Shown here piece by piece: positions 12,601-22,800 of a stretch of 64,000 nucleotides of DNA. Origin of the DNA: Lama guanicoe (lineage: Eukaryota). The DNA lies in the NCBI GenBank assembly GCA_013239625.1, contig MU053504.1:746001-810000 (forward strand), in the 5' to 3' direction. Each line of letters opens with the position of its first letter. Positions within the stretch are counted from its first letter, which is position 1. The position numbers were made by a program, and so were the translations under genes. Below the pieces are notes generated by a model. It was not told the DNA's origin, made no database searches, and saw nothing but the letters and a program-made list of their open reading frames with translations.

Positions 12601-13596
12601 GTCATTTCACGTAGACTGAAAAACACTTTGCTGAGAACATGAAGGAAGCGTTTTCGAAATCCCGTGTGTCTGCATTTATTTTACTTCCTCGTACCTCCTC
12701 GTACACACACACAAACACACACAGACTGCACACGTTGACGAGTACATATACAAGTGTAGCCTACTGCTGTACTATATGGGTTCTTTTGAGGATTAAGTGA
12801 AATTATAACACATATTAAAAGCTCAGTAAAAATTTTGGCACGTAGAAGCCACCCAACACATCACTGACAAAAGTTTGAGAGGCCACACAGCAGGGTTTGA
12901 ACTCTGTGATCTCTGAGTGGGATGATGGGTGATGACGATTCTGACTGTTCCTCTGTATCATCTGATTTTTCTGCAATTAGGATCCACCAAGAAGCTGAGG
13001 AGCACAACACGGTTCAAAGAATGAACCTGGACCTGGTTGGCCTGCACTTGAACCCAACGTTTCCTGCCTTAGGAGGCTCCACCAAGAAGCTGAGCAGCAC
13101 AACACGGTTCAAAGAATGAACCTGGAGCTGGTTGGCCTGCACTGGAACCCAACGTTTCCTGCCTTAGGTAGGTGACATCGGGCAGTGTACTCTCTCTGTC
13201 TCAGTTTCCCCTTCTGTAAATCTGGGATAATAGTCACAGCTTCACACAGGGATGTTGTGAGGGTTCCATGAGTTATTACGCAAAAAGCCATGATTGTTGG
13301 TGTCTGAAGCATCGTCTCCTTCGAAGCCCCTGGTGTCCAGCTGCAGGTGGCGGACCCACAGAGGAAATGCTCAGATCCCTGATTTCATGCTCTCAGATAA
13401 TGCCCAGCCCTTGGCCATCTGTGGCTTCCCCAAGTGACACACCCCTGTTTACCTGGAGGTCCTAAACATGCAGGGAGAGGTCTAGGGACAGGGTGAAGGG
13501 ATTCTACTCCAAGGAGTGCTCACCTGTGAGTCCCAGCAGTAGTGCCAGCAGCAGGCAAGGAGGAGGATGGTGGGGCCAGGAGGCAGGGGTGGGCAT
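3335..13596 (-). CDS. SIRPB1: Gene 1: SIRP beta-1/gamma-like receptor, spliced CDS 13596-13524, 10725-10372, 4562-4242, 3661-3335 (leader-IgV-IgC1-IgC1, 358 codons + 1 nt; 3' end not resolved in window)
   Basis: Four open exons (73, 354, 321, 327 nt) with GT-AG boundaries, all phase 1. The translation closely resembles SIRPA/B1/G ectodomains. The symbol is family-level (SIRPB1-like); strict orthology is not established. Confidence 0.9.
4242..4562 (-). CDS. Gene 1 exon 3, first IgC1 domain ([42 protein letters not shown])
   Basis: Lies within ORF 4078..4587. Acceptor tttgtag, donor CGAG|gtagat, 321 nt. Confidence 0.95.
4689..4813 (-). mobile_element. tRNA-Ala-derived SINE (camelid Vic-1 type)
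   Basis: Minus strand GGGAGGGTATAGCTCAGTGGTAGAGCGCATGCTTAACAT..GAGGTCCTGGGTTTAATCC with an A-tail. Confidence 0.8.
10372..10725 (-). CDS. Gene 1 exon 2, IgV domain ([44 protein letters not shown])
   Basis: Lies within ORF 10292..10723. Acceptor ctccag and donor G|gtgagta. Both canonical Cys and the Trp are present. Confidence 0.95.
11385..11735 (+). mobile_element. LINE-1 ORF2 end / 3' UTR fragment
   Basis: atgcaccccagtgttcacagcagcactatttacaatag..caacctaaatgtccatcgacagatgactggataaagaag is a typical L1 3' motif. Confidence 0.8.
12983..13168. repeat. Local tandem duplication, period 95 bp (12983-13073 / 13078-13168)
   Basis: tccaccaagaagctgag..tttcctgccttagg occurs twice, with 3 mismatches counted by eye. 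Confidence 0.9.
13524..13596 (-). CDS. Gene 1 exon 1, signal peptide [24 protein letters not shown](G)
   Basis: ATG at 13596-13594; 73 nt ending CTCACAG|gtgag. Matches the SIRPB1/SIRPG leader pattern MPxPASWPHxP..LLL.LLLGLT. Confidence 0.92.
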
Positions 13597-13689
13597 CTTG
13601 GAGGTCTGAGGAGCCTGATCTGTCCAATGTGTGTCCTGCGGAGAACCCGGACTTCAGTGCTCTGTGAAGAGCAGAGAAGCCCCACCTCC

Positions 13690-13710
13690 CACGATATAAG
13701 AGGAAGTGCC
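13690..13710 (-). promoter_or_regulatory. Gene 1 proximal promoter with PU.1/ETS site
   Basis: AAGAGGAAGTG at 13698-13708, about 100 nt upstream of the ATG. A second AGAGGAAGTG is at 14178-14187. Fits myeloid SIRP expression; motif evidence only. Confidence 0.55.
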
Positions 13711-14189
13711 TGTGATGGTGTGAAATGTACTGTGAGACCATAACCTGCTTCTAGATTCTAACAGTTCCTGATCCTAGATGGTAACATAGAAATCAGGCAG
13801 AGAAGGTGGCTCCACAGTAAAGAGTTATTCATCTTATGTTTTCAGAGAGATTGGACAGGCCTAGCAGAAATAAACTTGCTCCCCATCTCGGGTGTCTCCC
13901 CTGGGCCCCTCACCCCATTCATGGTGATCCCCAACTTAGGAGCCCCAGACAAACTCACAGATCCCAAGAAGGATCCGTGGTTGTGGCTGGAAAAAAGAAG
14001 AGCATTCACCAGGGCTGCTCAGCTTTGGGATGGAACCAGATCTGCTCCTGAAATTACTTCCTATTCCAGCCCTTTATTGATGTAACTGGTAAAACTTAGC
14101 CCAAATGCGCAGTGCAACGTGGACGTCAGAACTTGTATGGCCTGCATCCAACAAAGGGATCATTTTCTTGATTTAAGAGAGGAAGTGAG

Positions 14190-14511
14190 TTATATGACCC
14201 AGAAATTACTCTCACAGGTGTTTATCTCAGAGAAATGAAAACTTGTCCACACAAACCCAGAGCATGAATGTTATGGCAGATTCCTTTATAAAACAGATAA
14301 CTAGAAAAAGTCAGAATGTCTAATAATAAGTGAATGCTTTAACAAACTTTGGTGCATCCATTCCAGAAAATACTACTCAGTAATACAAAGGAATGAGTTA
14401 TATATGTGTGCAACAATTCTAAGTTTCTTGAAGGTATAATGTTGAGTGAACAAAGCCAATCTCAAAATACCAATTCCACTGATATAATATTCTCGAAATA
14501 GGATCCCAGGC

Positions 14512-14566
<55 letters not shown>

Positions 14567-15170
14567 TATAGTAAGAACAAAGCATAAATGAAGAATAAAA
14601 TTTGATCAATTATTGCAGACCTTTTTTTTAAATAATAAAATCTCCAAATTATACCAACAGTCTGCTTTGTGGGACACACCAGAGGAAGAGAGACTCTCCT
14701 ATATGTGCCAAGGAAGCAAAGATATGAATATTTGTGCAAAATTGTCCTACCAAGGCATTAGATAAAACTCCAATATCCATCACAAGAAAAATCAATACAC
14801 TATGGGTTGTTTTTACAATAGAAATCATAGAGCAGTGGAAATCAATGAGATGGAGCTGCATATATCAGCGTGAATGAATCTCACATACTATGTTAAGTAT
14901 AAAAAATAAAAGTTCCAGAATGCTGTATACAGCATAGTAGCATTTGTATAAAATTTAAAACATGCAAGTAATGTTATACATTGCTTCAGGATTTATACAT
15001 ATGTTTCAGAAGTATAAAATCACAATACACACCAAATACAGGACAGTCATTTTAAAAGGAACAACAGACCATAATAGCAAAATGTTAACAGTTTGCAAAG
15101 ATAGCATGGTAGGTGGGTAGGTCCATGGATATTTTTATATTATTCTTTATAAATTGCAGAATAGAAAAAT
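14190..15170 (+). mobile_element. Ancient L1M 3' fragments between gene 2 and gene 1
   Basis: atatgacccagaaattactctc..agagaaatgaaaact..tccacacaaa and tgaatgaatctcacatactatgttaagt motifs. Confidence 0.6.
14514..14566. repeat. (CT)n(CA)n compound microsatellite
   Basis: Directly visible. Confidence 0.95.
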
Positions 15171-15390
15171 GCTTTTTCAACTTAGTGATTTTAAATCTGT
15201 ATGTATTCAGATGAAATCACACTTGCAAAAGCTCTGAATTTTTAATACAAAGTAAAAAGTGCTCTGAAAATAAAGGGTTGTTCATGATCAGGAGCAGGAT
15301 GGAAACCTGTTTTCTTGATCAACTTGATTCTTTTTGGGGTGGAGACAGGGCCAGTTTGAAGTCCAGTGCATCAGGGTCTAGACATCCCTG

Positions 15391-16436
15391 ATCTCCAAGA
15401 CCAAAGTCCATCCTTAACTCAGCTCCAAAACTCAGAGAGAAGGAACATAGGAGGTTGTGTAGAAGAGAGCATGTGTGTGGTGGAGGTGGGGGTGGCAGAG
15501 TGAAGGAGAGAGGGGTCTTGGGTCCGGTCCTTACACCTTCTCTCCATTTGAGGCCCTTGGACAGGGCAGGAGGCAGTGTCGCAGGGCATGCAGAAGCTGT
15601 AGGGAAAAACATTCATTCATTAAGTCCACAAATGTTTGTGCACACACACAATGTGGCAGGCACTCTACTTGGCCTGGGTTCATGGCGCACATCAGAAATG
15701 AAGCCCATACTGACTATACCCACTTCCTGAGTTCTGAACCCTCCCCCATACCCACATTCATCTGTGTTACGAGTCACTCCATCCAAGTCCCCCAGAGAGG
15801 CTCCATGTGTTGATTTTTGGAAGACTTTAATCATTCCAAAGATATAACTGAATATACAACAGTTTATAAGGGAGAGGCTTTTTGGAGTTTGGGTCTCAAA
15901 ACTTTGATTTTTAATCTCCAAGACCAAAGTCCATCCTTAACTCAGCTCCAAAACTCGGAGAGAAGGAACATAGGAGGTAGTGTAGAAGATAGCATGTGTG
16001 TGGTGGAGGTGGGGGTGGTAGAGTGAAGGAGAGAGGGGTCTTGGGTCCGGTCCTTACACCTTCTCTCCATTTGAGGCCCTTGGACAGGGCAGGAGGCAGT
16101 GTCGCAGGGCATGCAGAAGCTGTAGGGAAAAACATTCATTCATTAAGTCCACAAATGTTTGTGCACACACACAATGTGGCAGGCACTCTACTTGGCCTGG
16201 GTTCATGGCGCACATCAGAAATGAAGCCCATACTGACTATACCCACTTCCTGAGTTCTGAACCCTCCCCCATACCCACATTCATCTGTGTTACGAGTCAC
16301 TCCATCCAAGTCCCCCAGAGAGGCTCCATGTGTTGATTTTTGGAAGACTTTAATCATTCCAAAGATATAACTGAATATACAACAGTTTATGAGGGAGAGG
16401 GTTTTTGGAGTTTGGGTCTCAAAACTTTGATTTTTA
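15391..16436. repeat. Near-identical tandem duplication, 2 x 523 bp (15391-15913 / 15914-16436)
   Basis: Direct sequence comparison shows about 6 substitutions. The ORF track repeats at offset 523. Confidence 0.95.
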
Positions 16437-16705
16437 TCCCACCTTCACACCTTGGACCCAACCTCCAGGGTCCCAGAAAACTTAATTGGAAATCTTCAAA
16501 TTTCAGGGCTCTAAATAATGCATGAGAGTTGAAACCCTCTGAGAATTCCAAGACACATTTGGAGAAAATAAGATTGTTCACAATCTTTCCTTGAGGCTGG
16601 ATCATCAATGTGACTTTGTGCGCTCACTCTGGACTCCTCTTGCCAGCCCAGGAAAGGGGCCCTGATCTCCCTCCCTAAGGACTAAGGCTGCCATCAACTC
16701 ACCTG

Positions 16706-16812
16706 TTACAGGTTCTGCCACCTGCAGATGTAAGTGACCACAAAACCGATCACCAGCAGCACTTTGAATCCCAGGAGGAAAGCCACAAAGATAAGGGCAG
16801 GCGTCGCTGGAC
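16706..16812 (-). CDS. Gene 2 exon 6, transmembrane exon (G)PATPALIFVAFLLGFKVLLVIGFVVTYICRWQNL* with intramembrane Lys
   Basis: Acceptor tgttgtcccttag. Hydrophobic segment resembles the SIRPB1 TM (LLVALLLGPKLLLVVGVSAIYICW). TAA at 16708-16706 is followed by the donor CAG|gtgagt. Requires phase-1 entry. Confidence 0.88.
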
Positions 16813-19800
16813 CTAAGGGACAACAGGCAGAGGTGACATCAAATGGGGCTCTGGGATTTAATACGTCACTCCACCTGGAGACAGAAGTGACCCAGTTGCT
16901 CACAGGATTAGATGTGAGCTTACCTGGCCTCCCACCCAAGGGGGTTGTCTGTGCTGTGGGCTGCTGCGGACAGTATGAGGCTGGCCCGGGTGGGAGGCTG
17001 TGCCTCGTGCTGCACCTTACAGGTGAGCACACGCTCGGACCCCTGCACCGAGGCGTTCACCAGCTGCAAGCTTTCCAGGGTGTAGGTCCCATCACTGTTC
17101 TGCTTCGGCGTGGGCTGCTTCTCTCCCTGGAACGCACGGCAGTTCTCCATCCAGGTGAGACGCACGCTCTGGGGGTAGAATCTCTGCACGTGGCAGGTAA
17201 CGGCCACCAAGTCCAAGGAGGGTGAAGCCTGGGACACTGTCACTGCAGGGGGAACTGGCACAGCCCAGAGAAATCAGACAATGACTGTAGGAAGTTCATG
17301 TTGGGCACTGGGGGGCTCCTTGAGGATGGGTCATCTGCCCAGAGGAGGAGTTAGGTATTGGTTAACAGGTGTGTGAGTAAGTAATCACATGATTGTATGA
17401 GTGTGGGAATGCATGAGTGAATGCGTGCCCGAATGGAAGCGTAGAATCATGAAACCACCCTATCTTCACTTTCTTTTTCCATTATGGTCATAAAAGACGA
17501 GAAGGTGACCCTGAATTCTATTTGAGAACCTATGAACCCATTGACTCCATGACTCCATGACTGAGGAAAATTCACAGACTCTAATCTTCATGACTCCAAG
17601 ATACTAATATTTAACATAAGAAGGAACTTAGGTTTGGAGAAGTTAAGTTTTTGCCCAAGGTCACAAGGAGCAAAGCTGGGGTTACACCAGAGACAGTATG
17701 TTTTCCCGTTTGCTATTCTGACACTCAAATTATAAGGCTATAAGCATTCATGATTGCTGGCTTCTGGAATTACAATCTGAACAATTCTAAAATTTTTTCA
17801 CCCAGATTTTCAGCTGTGACGTAGAACGTATGCGTACTGAAGAAAACTGAGGGGATTTAAAATACTACAAAACATTCAGTGGTTCAGTAGGATTCAAATG
17901 AACACACAGCATGGTGCAGTTCTCACACTAAACCAGGGGATAGGAGAGCCGGGTTCTGGTCCTGCGCTGACACCACAGCCACATGTGAGGCCTTTTGCAA
18001 GTCACCTTCCCTCAGTTTCCAAGACCCTTATTATAAAATTGTCCAAGATGAGATCATCTCTCATGGTCCTGGTTAAGAAAGGCTTCAGCTCCTGGTCTCG
18101 TAGAGAGAGTAACTCCTCATGCAGTACAATTTGAAAGAACTAAGGGTATGTTTGTTCCCCTAAATGTTGTTTCTTTATATTCAGCCCACCTCAACCTATA
18201 TAGTTCTGTCAATGATGCTGTAATGGGTGGGACAGCCAAGGCAAGACACCATCCCCCAGGGGTCACTCTCTGTTTGGTCTTTCCCAGGGATCCTTACCAA
18301 GCAAAGAGCAGGACCCTGAGAAAGTGTTGGTGAAGTCCTGGTAAATGAGGTGGTGACGGGGAGAACAGGCCAGGGCAAAGCACCACCAAGCAAGTGTCAT
18401 GGGCTCCAGAGGGTGACAAGGATGAGTGAAAGGATGGAGGGTCTCAGATAGACCATTCCAGCCACCAGTGAGTTATCTGGGCTGGAAGGTGTCCAGGGCA
18501 GTGCCGGGAGAACAGAGACCTGGGCACCACTGATAATAGCCGTTTCTGTGCACTTGGCTGTGTTTGAGTTACTGCGTGTGCATCATTTCATCCTCACAAA
18601 ACCAAACGATGGAAACGCAAACAGCTACTTGATACCAGAAAAGAACAGCAACCAAAAGCCACTGAGAAGGACGCTACACAAAAGCAGGCCTCGGTTCGAT
18701 GAAATTGTCAGAGGAATTGGTTGAAACTGCATCTGAAAAATTATTTCGATTATAAAAATAATTTTACTTAATTTACATTTTAATTAAGTATAGAATATAA
18801 TGACAACTATGCACTAACTCTTAGAAGGAACAAGTGTTGGGAGTGTAAGGAAGCTGGCATATTTTTTTCCTAAACACTGATACCAAATACCATCAAATCC
18901 TTCATTTCAAACTTCACAATCATTAAAAGGTAAATTTTGAAAAGTGATGTGAAATTATTTGACTGTTCTGTGAATTTTAAGGGGCCTCTTTTAATTAAAG
19001 TGTCCTCTTCTGAAGTGCCCACAGAGCCATTAGGATCATAGATTTTTTTTTCTTTCATCTTTAAAAGTTGGAAGATTCACCTGGGATCCCAGTAATTCCC
19101 CAGCACCATTTACATCAATTACTTGAAGTACATTTTGCCAGACCTCTGGTTTCACTTGGCAGTGTATGTGGATTCTGTTTGCTCAGTGCGGTCTGATGTT
19201 GCCACACTTCAATCAAGGCAAGACCCACCTGCTAGAGCAGAGGGATTCTAGGCTCCACAGCTCCTTCCTCAGCCACCTGATCTCAGGGCAGTGATGTGGG
19301 GCAATGCCACATCTCACCTGGGATTCCTGAAACACTTCCCCGATGTTCTGCCTTGATTTCTCCATAACCATGAAACAGCACCCAACTGGTGCAGACACCT
19401 CCTCCGTGGGACAGTCCTGAGGCAGAGTCTACACAGTTCCTCTGAGGGTCCCCAGGGACGCTGAGCATCAGTCGTCCACAGGGGCACCCAGTTCAATAAT
19501 TCACCCCATTCCCTGTCTCACTTTCCCCGTCTCTTACCCCAGCCTCTCTCGATCATCTCCCAACCACCTGCGCCCAGGACCTAGTTTCAGGCTCTGCCTT
19601 CAGGGGAACCCAAATAAAGACCCCCACAAAGATATTTCCATGATAGGAAACCCAACCTGAGATGCAGGCAGTGTTGAGCAGGGAGGGTTTAGAGTAGGGG
19701 CTAATTAGTAAATAATTCATTTGTGAGTATTTTTATTATCTATGATTTTTTGCATCTCTACACAATTGTCCAAACTCCAGGGGATTATATAAAAATACTC

Positions 19801-22800
19801 AGATAAGGAGGACTCCCTGCATTATCATTTTCCTATTTTACAGTCAAAGATGCCAAGTCTGAGAGACCTGGCGTAATCAGCAGGTGGTCCCACAGCTGGT
19901 GAACAGCAGAGCCAGATCCTGAATTCACGTCAAAGGCTATCCCTCCCCAGCTTCACACCCTTGGGCAACCTTCCCTTCTTAAGACCTCAGTTTCCTTCTA
20001 TAAACCACTAATGGAACAAACAGTACAGGGCAGTTGTACACAAGAAATAAGCCAGTGAACATGATTGTGTATACTGACTGTGCTGTCCTCATTGCAGTCA
20101 TTAATATCAATATTTTATTCATGCAAAATGATGTGCTTCCTCCCACGATAATAGCAAAAAAAAATGAGGGAAATATACTATAAACTTTAAAAGTCCTAGA
20201 AATATTTCAGGAATTAATTTTACTGCTGTGCAACCTGGGACAACTCACTTCCCTCCTCTGGGCGTTAGGGTTGTCGTAGGCAATGAGATGGCCGCACAGA
20301 TTCCGTCTAGGCGTGATCTGAAGGAATTATTTTTACCATGTGATTTATAGACCTGTCAAGCATTGATCCAGGCCAGGAAAAGCAAAACCACCAAAAAACA
20401 GATGAAAAATTAGGTCCTGACCCAGATATGAGTAATGATCTAAAGGCATCATTGCATTTAAAATTTAAGGGTTCACAAAGGCCCTTAAATCCTCTTTATA
20501 TAAAAATAATTATAGTAATAAATTAAATTCCCAGGAGATGTTTTGTCTCAATTTTACAAATGAAAAAACTGAGTTCTGAGAGGTGATGTGAATAGTAATA
20601 AAAATGAATAAGAATAACAAATGCTACTTCTCCGTGTTAACATGAGTAAGAGATGTGTTGCTTACTTTCCCAGTATCATTTCACTGGGTCCCTGCCACAA
20701 CCAAAAAAAGGGATGTCCCATTTATCAGTCGAGGAAACTGAGGCCCAGAGACATCACAGCCCAATTCTGCACTAACCAGTCTGAACAAAGAGATAGTCCT
20801 TACCACGGAGGTACTGGTCCAGGCTGATGGTTTTCTGGAAAACCACTGTAGACCTGTGCTTGACGTGGCAGAGGACGAGGGAGGGCACGTCGTCAGCTTG
20901 CAGCGGGACGAGCACACTGCTGGTCACATTGTAGCTGTCCCCCAGCGAATGGACGCTGGTCTGGGACTTTAACAGTCTGTGGTTGTTTTTAAGCCAGGTC
21001 ACAGTAACCTGACCTGTGGGGAATCCGGGGGACGTGAACGTCAGCTGGATGCTCGAGCCCGGCTCAGATCGCTGAAGGGGGCCTTTTAAAGCATAAGAGT
21101 GGCCGCTCCTGCCTGTAAGAGAGACCCCGCCTGTGAGAGGACGCAGAGGAGCCAAGCCCAGTGCGAGCAAATCCTCCGTGTCTCCATCTGGAAGCCCCAT
21201 TGCCCCCTCTTCCATAGGGTATGAAGGTTACATTTTATAGGAGTTCGATTTTGAAGCTGGTATCAGAGACCAGACAATGAAACTACAGGGACCACAGCGG
21301 TTTATAAGGAGGCCAGACTCCCACCCACACCTCACGGCCAATACCGCATCTCACGACCCTGCTTACTGACCCACTGAGTTCTTGCTGGAACCCTGGGAGG
21401 TGGGAGCCAGTGTCAGCTCCAAGCCCAGAGCCTAGGTAACTTGTCCAAGCTCCTCAGCTAGTCAGTAGAGCCCAGGCTGTTAGCCAGGCAGTCAGGGCCC
21501 AGGGTCAGCGCCTAGTGACCAGGCTCAGCTCTGTCCTCAGTCCCTGCGCAGGAAAGGGTGTCTCACTGCTCCCAGGACAGGTCATATGAAGGCAGGTGAC
21601 ACAGAGAAGAGGTAGGGGCATAGGCTTTGGGGTCACACTCAGGCCAAATTTGCATTCCCAGCCCCTCTGCTGGGGGAGCATGTGCTACTCAATGCTCTAA
21701 GCCTCAGTTTCCTCATCTGTAAAATGGGGGTGATTCTTAATTCTCAGTTAGTTAATAAATCCAGTAAAGCAACTAGTGTAGAATACTATGAGGCACGTAG
21801 TAATCTCTCTATAAATGGTAACTATCATCATCACATACTCACAACAACCATCTAAAGAACTGTTACTAATTGTATTTCTTAATGTTAGGGAATGAAAAGG
21901 CTCAGAGAGGATTAGTGACTCGCCCAAGGGCCACACAGCACACAGAACTCACATTCCAATCCCAGGATTCAGACTCCAAGTCAGGGGCTCTTTCTGTTAC
22001 ATCACAGCTGCCTCTACTTCTCCAGAGTCGTCCCCATAATAATCCATGAACTTCAACATTTTCCTACTTTCAACCCAGCTCTGGGCTGGGCACCATGGAG
22101 CCTGCCAACAGTCATCAGGGAGCACCACTGTGTGCCCCATTGCCTGGATGCCAAGCTGGGGGTCAAGGAAAGGAGTCCCCATTTCGTCCGCACCTGGTTG
22201 GCAGTAACAGTTCTCATTGCACAGAGGAGAAAACTGAGCTCAGAGAGGGCAGTGCTTTGCTAAGGTCACAGATGGCCTGTGGCAGCCCTAAGAGGTGACA
22301 CTGATCCATTTGAATCCCAAGTGTGGCCACCTCCAAACATAAGAGCCAGTGTCAGCTCCAAGGCTGTGAAGGTCTCAGGACAGAGGTATAAACAGTCAAG
22401 CCGCTGGTCAGGACTGGCAGGAGGCCCCGTATTTTCAGTGTCAATTGTGGGAACTGAAAGATGTGGGCAAACGTGATCATTCAGGAAGAAATAAATTTCA
22501 GATTAGAGTATTAAGAGGGAGATGTGAGAAAGAATTAAGATAACACTAAGATTTTGTTTTTAGGCAGGATGGAAGGAAAAAATACAGAAAACACATTGAA
22601 TCTGTGAACAGGCAGCCCTGCCTCCTAACCCCAGCTCTGCTATTTGAGACCCCTGAGACCTGGTCCCTCTGCTGCCTGTCCCAGCTGTCCTATGTCAGAT
22701 AACATATGAGAATGCCTGGAACACAGTAAATGCTGTACAGGGGGCAGCCAACGTGATCAGAGGCCCGGAGGTGGGCGTGTGCAAGGGGCAGGGAGCTGAA

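Noticed and set aside
12983..13168. Direct repeats suggesting a CRISPR-like or mobile array
   Set aside because: Only two 91-bp copies at the edge of a MIR-like relic in a mammalian intron; a simple slippage duplication.
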